Assembly (NCBI GenBank): GCA_050250895.1
Contig: JBFWNU010000004.1
Location: forward strand, 494,934-558,933
Length of the DNA: 64,000 nucleotides
Reading direction: 5' to 3'
Source of the DNA: Vulcanimicrobiota bacterium
Lineage (GTDB): Bacteria; Vulcanimicrobiota; Xenobia; Xenobiales; JADMJV01
Position 1 is the first letter of the stretch, and each line of letters opens with the position of its first letter. The position numbers and the translations under genes were made by a program. Of the stretch, positions 38,683 through 47,260 are shown piece by piece. The notes beneath the pieces were generated by a model that saw only the letters and a list, made by a program, of their open reading frames with translations, searched no databases and was not told the DNA's origin.

Positions 38683-40254
38683 ATGGACAAGGAACATCTG
38701 CGCCATCAGGAAGACACGCGTCAGGTCCTGCATCGGCTTTCACGGCGGGCCACGCTCGGGCTCTCGGCCCTGGTCGGGGTGATAGCCGGAGGACTGGCGG
38801 TCATCTTCCAGCTGTTGATCGACGCGACCGAGTCGACCCGCGCCATGGTGCGCGGCGAGTTGACTGGCCACGGCTATGTGGGCGGTGCGATCCTCATCCT
38901 CGGGGGGGCCGCCCTGGGGGCCTTTGCGGTGTTTCTCACCCGCCGCTACTGTCCTGAAGCGGCCGGCAGCGGTATTCCTCACGTCAAAGCCGTGCTCTTG
39001 AGCGCTCGACGACTAAGGCCAGTCCCTCTGGTGGCCGTCAAATTGGTGGGTGGCCTGCTGGCCCTGGCGGCCGGGATGTCGCTGGGAAGAGAAGGGCCCA
39101 CCGTGCACATCGGGGCCGCCTGTGCTGCCTATTTTGCAGCCCTGCTCAAACTGCCCCACCGCACCCGCCGGGCCCTGATCGCGGCCGGAGCCGGAGCCGG
39201 TCTGGCGGCCGCTTTCAATGCACCGCTGGCGGGCTTTCTGTTCATCATGGAGGAGTTGCGTCGCGATATGTCGCGCGAGACCTACGGCAACGCTCTGGTG
39301 ACCTCGGTGGCCTCGGTGCTGGTGGCGCGAGCGCTGCTCGGCTCAGAGTCGGACTTCTTGCTCTCGGATGTCGACACTCTGCCGCTGAGCGTGGTGCCGG
39401 CGGTCATGCTGACCGGCCTGCTGGCCTCGGTCGTGGGGGTCGTGTTCAACCGCACGCTGTTGACCATGGTCGAATGGCGCGAGTCGTCGCGGCCGGAGGT
39501 CCTGGGGGCTCTGGTGGGGGTCCTGGCCGGCCTGCTGGCCATCTTCCTACCCTCGGTGACCGGTGGAGGCCACGACCTCACCCTTTCGCTGCTAGAAGGC
39601 CAGACCCCGCACTGGCTGGGCCTGCTGGTGGTGTTGCTGGTGATCAAGCTGATTTTTACCGCCCTCTCGTTCTCGAGCGGGGTGCCCGGAGGGATTCTGG
39701 CTCCGCTCTTGACCCTGGGTGCCCTGACCGGAGGGCTGGTGGGAGCCACCCTGCGCCAGTTTAGCGCTGGGCTTGCCAGCCAGCCCACCTTCCTGGCCAC
39801 GGTCGGCATGGCCGCGGTGTTGTCGGCTTCGGTGCGGGCACCTCTCACCGGGGTAGTGCTGATCGTCGAGATGACGGGCCAGTACCACCTTCTCTACTTT
39901 CTCTTGCTGGCCTCGTTCGTTGCCTATCTGGCCGCCGAGTGGTTCGAGCACCAACCCATTTACGAGGCTCTACTCAGTCGCGAGTTGCACCGCGGCAAGG
40001 CGTGGGCCGAAGCCGAAGAGGCCAGGGTGTTGGAGCTGAGCATCGAGCCGGGGTCACGGCTCGACCGGGCTCGAATCGACCACTATCCCCTACCCCACGA
40101 GGTGCTCATCGCCCTGATCGAGCGCGAGGGCAAGCCGGTCGTGCCCAATGGCAAGACTCGCCTGATGGCTGGCGATCTGTTGACGGTGGTGGCCGGGCCC
40201 CACTGTGACGATCAGGCTCTGGCCAAGATTCTCGACGCTTCGAAGGCGCCTTGA
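38683..40254 (+). CDS. clcA: ClC H+/Cl- antiporter with TrkA-C domain
   Basis: GSGIP, GREGPTV, FNAP..FIMEE, PIY; C-terminal RCK_C-like domain. Confidence 0.9.
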   Translation: MDKEHLRHQEDTRQVLHRLSRRATLGLSALVGVIAGGLAVIFQLLIDATESTRAMVRGELTGHGYVGGAILILGGAALGAFAVFLTRRYCPEAAGSGIPHVKAVLLSARRLRPVPLVAVKLVGGLLALAAGMSLGREGPTVHIGAACAAYFAALLKLPHRTRRALIAAGAGAGLAAAFNAPLAGFLFIMEELRRDMSRETYGNALVTSVASVLVARALLGSESDFLLSDVDTLPLSVVPAVMLTGLLASVVGVVFNRTLLTMVEWRESSRPEVLGALVGVLAGLLAIFLPSVTGGGHDLTLSLLEGQTPHWLGLLVVLLVIKLIFTALSFSSGVPGGILAPLLTLGALTGGLVGATLRQFSAGLASQPTFLATVGMAAVLSASVRAPLTGVVLIVEMTGQYHLLYFLLLASFVAYLAAEWFEHQPIYEALLSRELHRGKAWAEAEEARVLELSIEPGSRLDRARIDHYPLPHEVLIALIEREGKPVVPNGKTRLMAGDLLTVVAGPHCDDQALAKILDASKAP

Positions 40255-40345
40255 AGACGAGATCTCCCATAAACTAACACATTCCTCCTAGGACTTGTGA
40301 CCCAGTTCACATTTTGTACACATTTTTTCTGGGTAAGATGTCTGG

Positions 40346-41530
40346 GTGGGGACATGTGCTGAAACGACCCGGGAACGCATCCTCGTCGTCGACGATGCTC
40401 CGGAGGTGAGACTTCTGCTCCGGGGGGTACTCGAGGCCGAAGGCTACCAGGTCGACCTGACCGCTTGCGGTGTCGAGGCCGTGACCCAACTCGCTCGCCA
40501 ATCAGCCGACCTGATTCTGCTCGACCTGGATCTCCCCGATACCCAGGGCGTCGCACTTTGCCAGCAGCTTCGCCAACAGGGATTCGAACGGCCCATCATC
40601 ATGCTGACCTCGCACAACCAGCTGACGGACCGGACGGCCGGGCTCGAATCGGGAGCCGATGACTACATCGCCAAGCCCTTCGCTCCTGAAGAGCTGGTGG
40701 CCCGGATCAAGGCCCAGCTGCGGCGCGAGCAACGCTTCGCCGTGCGGGTGGAAGAATTGCTGGCCGAACGCTGGGAGCGAATTCATGAAGGCCTGGCTCT
40801 GACCCGCCAGATTCAGCAGCCGTTCGGGGCCGGTGCGACCCTGCCCGGGGTCTCGACGGCCGTGCGCCATCTGCCCGTGGGCCGCATCGGTGGCGACTTT
40901 TTCTTGCTCGAAGAATCTAGCCCCGATACCTTCACCGTAATTATCGGCGACACCATGGGTAAGGGTGTCGGTGCGTCCCTGGTCATGGCCTGGACCCTGG
41001 CCACGCTCCACCGACTGGCTCACCAGCTCGACAGCCCGGCCGAAATCCTGCAACGAGCCAATCGCGAACTGGGCCCCGACCTCGAAGGAGTGGGCATCTT
41101 CGTGGCCGCCTTCTGCGGGGTCTTCCATCGCCAGACCGGGCTCTTCACCTATAGCACGGCCGGCTGCGAGCCACCCATTCTGATTCGCGCCAACCCGCGG
41201 GGACGGCGCCACGAACGTTTGATGACCAAAGGGATGCCCATCGGCATCCTGGCCGATTTCGAATACGCCGAGGCCAGCCTCGAGCCCGGCCCGGCCGATC
41301 GGCTCTTTCTCTACACCGACGGACTGATCGAGTCGGTCGATGCCGACCAACAACCCCAACTACTCAGAAGCCTCTATCGCCTGCTGCTCGAATCGATGCA
41401 TCGCCCGGTCGACAGCCAGCCCGACTTGTTGATGCAACGATTACGACTGCTGACCAACAACCAGCTCTTTTTGAGCGACGACCTTACCTTTATGCTGCTC
41501 GAATTTCCCGAGCCTGTATTGCCCGCATAG
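40346..41530 (+). CDS. REC + SpoIIE/PP2C phosphatase (RsbU-like)
   Basis: REC (VVDD, LLDLDLP, AKPF); GGDF, IGDTMGKG, YTDG, DDLT. Confidence 0.9.
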   Translation: MGTCAETTRERILVVDDAPEVRLLLRGVLEAEGYQVDLTACGVEAVTQLARQSADLILLDLDLPDTQGVALCQQLRQQGFERPIIMLTSHNQLTDRTAGLESGADDYIAKPFAPEELVARIKAQLRREQRFAVRVEELLAERWERIHEGLALTRQIQQPFGAGATLPGVSTAVRHLPVGRIGGDFFLLEESSPDTFTVIIGDTMGKGVGASLVMAWTLATLHRLAHQLDSPAEILQRANRELGPDLEGVGIFVAAFCGVFHRQTGLFTYSTAGCEPPILIRANPRGRRHERLMTKGMPIGILADFEYAEASLEPGPADRLFLYTDGLIESVDADQQPQLLRSLYRLLLESMHRPVDSQPDLLMQRLRLLTNNQLFLSDDLTFMLLEFPEPVLPA

Positions 41531-41571
41531 TCAAAGATGCCTGCCGCCCTGTGGGGGCGAGACGGAGCACC

Positions 41572-42693
41572 ATGGATATCATCGAAAGATTCACCACGCC
41601 CGGCCACCCGGCCGACGAACTCGGCGCTCAGCTTGCTGTTGCGCTGCGCACCACCCGGGCCCAGCGCGGCTGCCTGCTGGTCTATAGCCGCGACCAATTG
41701 CGTCCCGTGCTCACTCGCGAGCAGGACCAGCCTCTGGATGAGCCCTGGCCCGAGATGGATTGGCAACTGGCCTGGCAGGCCTGGAACAACAATGCCTGCT
41801 TGACCAACGCTTCGACCGTAGCCGTCTGTCTGGCTGACCGGGCCCACCGCTATGGAGTCCTGTATCTCGAGCAGCTCGAGCCGGACAAACTATTCGCCGT
41901 GGAAGGGCTGGCCTGGGAGTTGACCGGCCTGCTGGCTCGGGATCAAGCCCTCTTACATCAGCGTCAACTCGAGCGTTGCCAGGCGCGAAACCGAGCCCTG
42001 ACCCAACAGGTGCTGGAACTCCAGCGCGTCAACGGTGAACTGCGGCGATTTGTCCATCTGGCGGCCAACCATCTGCAAGAACCTCTGCGCGCTCTCGACG
42101 GCTATAGCCGGATGGCCCAGGCGCATGTCACCCACCCCACTGCCAAGCTGCCCGTCACCCGCATCCAAGAGGCGGCCCAACGACTGACCGGTGTGGTTGC
42201 CGACCTGCTCGACTATAGCAAGCCGGGTGGCACCAACTTCACTCCGGTCAACCTCGACGCCGTGATCGGTCAGGCCCGTTCCGATCTCGAAAGCGAACTC
42301 AAGGCCTCTCAGGCCCGTCTATCCAGAGACCGGCTCGGCTGGGTCGAGGGTGATGCCAGCGCCCTGCGCCTGGTCTTTCGCAACCTGCTCTCGAATGCGA
42401 TCAAGTTTCGTCGCGGCTGCCGGCCGCGGATTCACGTGGGCTGCCGCGAACTCGGTGACCAGCTCGAGCTGAGCTTTGTGGACGATGGCATCGGTCTACC
42501 CCCGGAGCGCCTGGAAGAGGTCTTCGAACCGTTTCGCCGCCTGCACACCCTGGAGGAATATCCCGGCACCGGACTCGGTCTGACCATCGCCCGCTCCATC
42601 GTCGAACGACACCGCGGCCGTCTGCGGCTCGAGTCCAACCACTTCAGCGGCACCACGGCGATCGTGCTGCTCCCTTTGAAGGCCGGCCGATGA
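41572..42693 (+). CDS. Sensor histidine kinase (GAF-like + atypical H-box + HATPase)
   Basis: AANHLQEPLR, NLLSNAIKF, DDGIG, FRRLH..YPGTGLGL. Confidence 0.85.
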   Translation: MDIIERFTTPGHPADELGAQLAVALRTTRAQRGCLLVYSRDQLRPVLTREQDQPLDEPWPEMDWQLAWQAWNNNACLTNASTVAVCLADRAHRYGVLYLEQLEPDKLFAVEGLAWELTGLLARDQALLHQRQLERCQARNRALTQQVLELQRVNGELRRFVHLAANHLQEPLRALDGYSRMAQAHVTHPTAKLPVTRIQEAAQRLTGVVADLLDYSKPGGTNFTPVNLDAVIGQARSDLESELKASQARLSRDRLGWVEGDASALRLVFRNLLSNAIKFRRGCRPRIHVGCRELGDQLELSFVDDGIGLPPERLEEVFEPFRRLHTLEEYPGTGLGLTIARSIVERHRGRLRLESNHFSGTTAIVLLPLKAGR

Positions 42694-43070
42694 GAGCAAG
42701 ACGAGGCTTCAGCTTGCTCGAGGTCTGCGTGGCCGGACTGCTGCTGTTGCTGGTCGCCTCATTTGTGCTAAGGCCTCTCACCTCGACCCGGCGAGGGTCC
42801 CAACAACTCGACGCCCGCCTGCAGGTGCTGCGAGTGGCCACCGAACTGTGCGATGAGCTCAACGCCCGACCTTTTGACGACATCGTCGCCGAAGATGGCC
42901 ATCGAAGCCTGGAGTGGAGTGGCTGCCAGCTCGAGCTAGACTACCAAATCCAGGTGCGCCAGATGGCCTCCAACCTCAAGAGCGTGGCGATTCGCCTGGA
43001 GTGGGAGCAAGGTGGCCTCGACCACCACCTCGACTTCGGCACCACCATCGGAGAGGTCATCTTGCCATGA
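42690..43070 (+). CDS. Type IV pilin/pseudopilin (PilV/GspI-like)
   Basis: RRG|FSLLEV prepilin cleavage motif plus hydrophobic helix. Confidence 0.85.
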   Translation: MRARRGFSLLEVCVAGLLLLLVASFVLRPLTSTRRGSQQLDARLQVLRVATELCDELNARPFDDIVAEDGHRSLEWSGCQLELDYQIQVRQMASNLKSVAIRLEWEQGGLDHHLDFGTTIGEVILP

Positions 43071-43621
43071 GACGTCGCGCCTTCACTTTGCTCGAACTCG
43101 TGCTGGCGGCTGGCTTGACCACCCTGCTGCTGAGCCTCATGTTGAGCCTGTTGAGTTATGGCCGAGGTGAATTCTTGCTGGCCCTGGAGGACAACGATCT
43201 GGCCAACGCCTCCTATCGTGCCCCTCGGTTCATCGCCGACCAGCTACGCTTTAGCCCGGCGGCCTCGCTAAGTTCGAGCCCATCCGGAATCGCCTTTCTC
43301 AGCGCTTACGACGACCACGGCTCGTACCGGCTCGATGACCAGGGTAGACCGCTCTGGCAAGCCTATGAACACTACTTCATCGAACCCGGCACCCATAACC
43401 TGCGCCACCGCCGGCTCGGCTTCAGCGGCGATCTGGCGGTGCCCATCGAGGCCCATCGGCTGCAAGCCCTGGGGCCGGCCCGTCTGGTGGCTCGTGACAT
43501 CACCGCTTTGCGGCTCGAACAGCCAGAAGAGGGTTGGCAACTGGTGTTGTCGGTCGAGCACCAGCGTGGCTCGAAGACTCTAGGAGGGGAGGTCCGGCTT
43601 TGGGTCTTTCCCATCGAATAA
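43067..43621 (+). CDS. Type IV pilin/pseudopilin (PilW/GspJ-like)
   Basis: MRRRA|FTLLEL motif. Confidence 0.85.
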   Translation: MRRRAFTLLELVLAAGLTTLLLSLMLSLLSYGRGEFLLALEDNDLANASYRAPRFIADQLRFSPAASLSSSPSGIAFLSAYDDHGSYRLDDQGRPLWQAYEHYFIEPGTHNLRHRRLGFSGDLAVPIEAHRLQALGPARLVARDITALRLEQPEEGWQLVLSVEHQRGSKTLGGEVRLWVFPIE

Positions 43622-44535
43622 ACCGTTCCGGCTTTCTACTCATCGCCGTGCTGGCGATGACCGGCGTATTGTTCCTGTTCGCTTTGACCGTGGTCAACTT
43701 CCACCGTGCCAGAACCCAACTCTTCCGCAAGGCCGAGTCGACCGCCCGAGCCCGCGAGGCCGCGCGCTCGGGCATGAACTGGGGTCTGGCCGCTCTCTCG
43801 CGCGAGCCCGAATCGTCGCCAGCCTTTGGACCCTCTCCCATCTTGCCCGGGGCCGAGGCCACCCTGGTCACCCTCGAGCGCACCAGCGAAGGCCTCGTGC
43901 GCTTGCAGAGCACAGGCACGTCGGGCACCAGCCAGGCGGTCGAAGAGGCCCTGATCAGCCCTGCTCACACCGTGCTGCTCAACGAATTCGAAAGCGATGC
44001 CTCGCAATGGCAACAAAGCTTCGGTATTCCGGTGGTGGTGGGTGGCCACTATCTGCTCGACGTGGGACTGTTCAATCTGGTTACCACCGCCGGTGACCCC
44101 GAATGGGAGGACTACACCGCCGATTTCAGGGCCCTTCTGAGCCAGGGGCTCGGCCTGGGAATGTTGGTGAGAGTGACCAGCGACGCCGAGGGCCTCGACG
44201 CCTACCGGGCCGACTTCGTGCCCGACCTTACAGGTGGGCGCTTTCGCCTCACCCGCATCGAGAATGATCACCCCCAGGTGGTGGCCGAGAAGCGACTAGC
44301 CGATAGCGGGCTTGGCCTGCTCTTCGCACTGAACCTCTGGCACGACTTTCGCATCACCGCCGCCAACGACCGGTTGACCCTCAGGGTCGACGGAACCGAG
44401 GTGCTGTCGTATCAAGACCCCGATCCGCTGCCCTCGGGGGCCATCGGCGTGCAACCAGCCCTGGGAACCATCATGCTGCTCGACCGCGTCGAGGTCATCG
44501 CTCATCAGGAGGTGTTGGCTCGATGGCGACACTGA
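43618..44535 (+). CDS. PilX/GspK-like minor pilin with LamG/DUF1080-like beta-sandwich domain
   Basis: NRSG|FLLIAVL (no Glu5, typical of PilX/GspK); WHDFRI..VDG..SGAIG; apparent ATA start. Confidence 0.75.
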   Translation: MNRSGFLLIAVLAMTGVLFLFALTVVNFHRARTQLFRKAESTARAREAARSGMNWGLAALSREPESSPAFGPSPILPGAEATLVTLERTSEGLVRLQSTGTSGTSQAVEEALISPAHTVLLNEFESDASQWQQSFGIPVVVGGHYLLDVGLFNLVTTAGDPEWEDYTADFRALLSQGLGLGMLVRVTSDAEGLDAYRADFVPDLTGGRFRLTRIENDHPQVVAEKRLADSGLGLLFALNLWHDFRITAANDRLTLRVDGTEVLSYQDPDPLPSGAIGVQPALGTIMLLDRVEVIAHQEVLARWRH

Positions 44536-46049
44536 GCGAAGCGGCCCAGGCTAACCGTCTGCCCTATGTGAGTCTCGAGCACTATCGGCCCGAGCCCGAC
44601 GTGATCGGCCTGGTGCCCTATGATACGGCCCTTCGGCTCGAGGTGCTGCCGCTGTTTCGCGTGGACGAGCGATTGGTGACCGCCGTCAGCGGCATCGACT
44701 TTCTGCCCGTGGCCGACTATCTGGTGCGGCTAACCGGTCTCGATATCGAGCCGGTCCTGGCCGATCCCGCCCAGGTACGTCAGGCTCAGCAAAGGTACTA
44801 CGTGGCCGAGGGTCGCTCGGGGGTCGAGTTGGGGCGGCGGGCCTCGGCGGCCCTCGAGAAGCGTTCCGGGGAGGAGGAACCGCGCCGGGTGGGCTCTCCG
44901 GTGGCGCGCCTGTTCGAGCAACTGATCGCCCAGGCCCTGAGTCTGCGCGCCAGTGACCTGCACCTGGAGATCAGCCACGGCCGGCCGCGGTTGCGCTATC
45001 GAGTCGACGGCGTGCTGCACGATTTCGAGCCTCCGCCCGCCGATGTCTATCCAGCTCTCATCTCACGCATCAAGATCCTGTGCGACCTCGACATCGCCGA
45101 GAAACGTCGTCCCCAGGACGGCCGCACTTCGGTCGAGCACGATGGGCAGAACATCGAACTGCGGGTCTCGATCATCCCTCACCTTGACGGCGAGGGAGCA
45201 GTGATCCGACTGCTCGGCTCGGCCGATCGCTTCCTCGCCCTCGACCAGATCGGACTCGACGACCAGACTCTCGACAGCTATCGCCGTCTCATTCATCACT
45301 CGCACGGCCTGGTGCTGGTGACAGGGCCCACCGGCGCGGGCAAGACCACCACCCTCTACGCCACCCTGGCCGAAATCAATTCGCCGCGGCGCAAGATCCT
45401 GACTCTGGAAGACCCGGTCGAGTACCGCCTCGAGGGCATCTGCCAGATTCCGGTGCGCCCCAACCTCGAGTTCACTTTCGCCGAGGGGTTGCGCTCGGTC
45501 TTGCGCCACGACCCTGATGTGATTCTCATCGGCGAGATCCGCGATCGCGAATCGGCCGAGATCGCGGTCCGGGCCAGCCTCACCGGCCACCTCATTTTCG
45601 CCAGTCTGCACACGAATGACGCGCTACTGGCAGTCCACCGGTTGCTCGACATCGGGGTGCCTTACTACAAAGTGATGACCTCGTTGCTGGGCGTGCTGTC
45701 CCAACGTCTGGTGCGCAAGCTCTGCCCGGAGTGCAAGCGGCCCGCCGAGCTAGACGAGCCTCAACGGCAGGCCTCCGGACTGCGGACTGACCAGACCGTT
45801 TATCAGGCGGTGGGGTGCGAAGCCTGCCAGGGCCTGGGTTATCGGGGCCGGATCCCGATCTATGAACTGCTCGAGGTCAACCGCGCCGTGCGCGCCTTGA
45901 GCGAAGCCCAGATGCTAGCCGGGGCTCTCGAAGAAAAGGCCCTCGAGCACGGCTTTGTGTCGATGCTCGAGCGCAGCCGCCAACTGGCACTGGCCGGGCA
46001 AACCTCCCTCGAAGAACTCGAGGGGATCGGAATGGATGAGAGACGATGA
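44523..46049 (+). CDS. GspE/PilB family assembly ATPase
   Basis: ASDLH, PQDG, GPTGAGKTT, EDPVE, LRHDPD..GEIRD, CxxC pairs. Confidence 0.95.
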   Translation: MATLSEAAQANRLPYVSLEHYRPEPDVIGLVPYDTALRLEVLPLFRVDERLVTAVSGIDFLPVADYLVRLTGLDIEPVLADPAQVRQAQQRYYVAEGRSGVELGRRASAALEKRSGEEEPRRVGSPVARLFEQLIAQALSLRASDLHLEISHGRPRLRYRVDGVLHDFEPPPADVYPALISRIKILCDLDIAEKRRPQDGRTSVEHDGQNIELRVSIIPHLDGEGAVIRLLGSADRFLALDQIGLDDQTLDSYRRLIHHSHGLVLVTGPTGAGKTTTLYATLAEINSPRRKILTLEDPVEYRLEGICQIPVRPNLEFTFAEGLRSVLRHDPDVILIGEIRDRESAEIAVRASLTGHLIFASLHTNDALLAVHRLLDIGVPYYKVMTSLLGVLSQRLVRKLCPECKRPAELDEPQRQASGLRTDQTVYQAVGCEACQGLGYRGRIPIYELLEVNRAVRALSEAQMLAGALEEKALEHGFVSMLERSRQLALAGQTSLEELEGIGMDERR

Positions 46050-47260
46050 ACCAGTTCTTCTATGGAGTCAAGGACCACGACGGGGTGCGCCGCTCGGGTA
46101 TCATCGAGGCCGAGAATACAGGAGAGGCTCTGGCCACTTTGCGCGGGCGATTTCCCCTGGTCTTACGCCTGGACCCGGTAGGTGGAGACGCCTGGAGCTG
46201 GCGCACTCTCATGGCGCGCCATCGCGTCACCCAGGACGAAGTGGTGGCCCTCACGCAGCAACTGTCCTCCATCCTGGAGGCAGGCCTCTCCTTCGGGGCG
46301 GCTCTCGATATTCTCTTGCTCGACCGTGTCCATCGCCGCCCGGTGCGCGAGATGCTGGTGGATATCGCTGCCAGCATCAACGAGGGGAACGCGTTCTCGC
46401 AATCGCTGCGACGCCATCCTGCCGTGTTCTCGGAGATGTATGTCGGACTGGTGGAAGCCGGCGAGAACTCGGCCCGGCTACCCGAGGTACTGGAACGCCT
46501 GGCCAACTTCATGGACAAGAGCTTGCGTCTACGAATGGACATCCTCTCGGCCACCATCTACCCGGCGCTGGTGCTGGTCTTTGGCTTCATGGTCGCCATG
46601 GCGACTCTACTCTATGGAGCCCCGATGATTCGCCAGATGTACCGCTCGGCCGGGGTCGAGCTGCCCTGGATGAGCCGCATCTTTATCGAAGGGGGCAACT
46701 GGCTGGCCGGATTCAAAGGATGGCTCGTCCTGTTGCTGATCGGACTGGGGCTGGCCGCCTATCGCTTCTGGAAGAGCCCGACCGCGCGCGAGAAGCTCGA
46801 ACAGTCGGTGCTGGCTTTGGGCCCCCTCCGAGAGCTGATGCTAGAGAGCGCCGTGGCCCGTTGTTGCCGGACCCTGGCTACCCTCTACGGCAGCGGAGTT
46901 CCCGTCCTCAACGCTTTGCGGATGACCGCCCGAGGGGCCGGAAACTCGGGCCTGTCTCGGCTGTTTCATAAAGTGGCCGACGAGGTGGCCGCGGGGCGCC
47001 CTCTGTCCGAACCGCTACTGGCTTCAAGCCTGTTTCCGCCGATGGCGGCGGGGATGATCACGGCCGGCGAGGCCTCGGGCACCCTGCCCGCCATGCTCGA
47101 GAAGGTGGCCGATTACTATGAACGTCGAGTTGACTTCACGCTCAAATCGGTGGCCAAACTGATCGAGCCCTTCCTCATTCTGGGGGTGGGCGCGCTCATC
47201 GGCTCGGTAGTGGTAGCCCTGGGCTTGCCCTTCATGAATCTGGTGGCGGTGCTGAATTAG
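46046..47260 (+). CDS. GspF/PilC inner-membrane platform protein
   Basis: AGE..YPAL, GEASGTL..LIEP; three TM segments. Confidence 0.93.
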   Translation: MNQFFYGVKDHDGVRRSGIIEAENTGEALATLRGRFPLVLRLDPVGGDAWSWRTLMARHRVTQDEVVALTQQLSSILEAGLSFGAALDILLLDRVHRRPVREMLVDIAASINEGNAFSQSLRRHPAVFSEMYVGLVEAGENSARLPEVLERLANFMDKSLRLRMDILSATIYPALVLVFGFMVAMATLLYGAPMIRQMYRSAGVELPWMSRIFIEGGNWLAGFKGWLVLLLIGLGLAAYRFWKSPTAREKLEQSVLALGPLRELMLESAVARCCRTLATLYGSGVPVLNALRMTARGAGNSGLSRLFHKVADEVAAGRPLSEPLLASSLFPPMAAGMITAGEASGTLPAMLEKVADYYERRVDFTLKSVAKLIEPFLILGVGALIGSVVVALGLPFMNLVAVLN

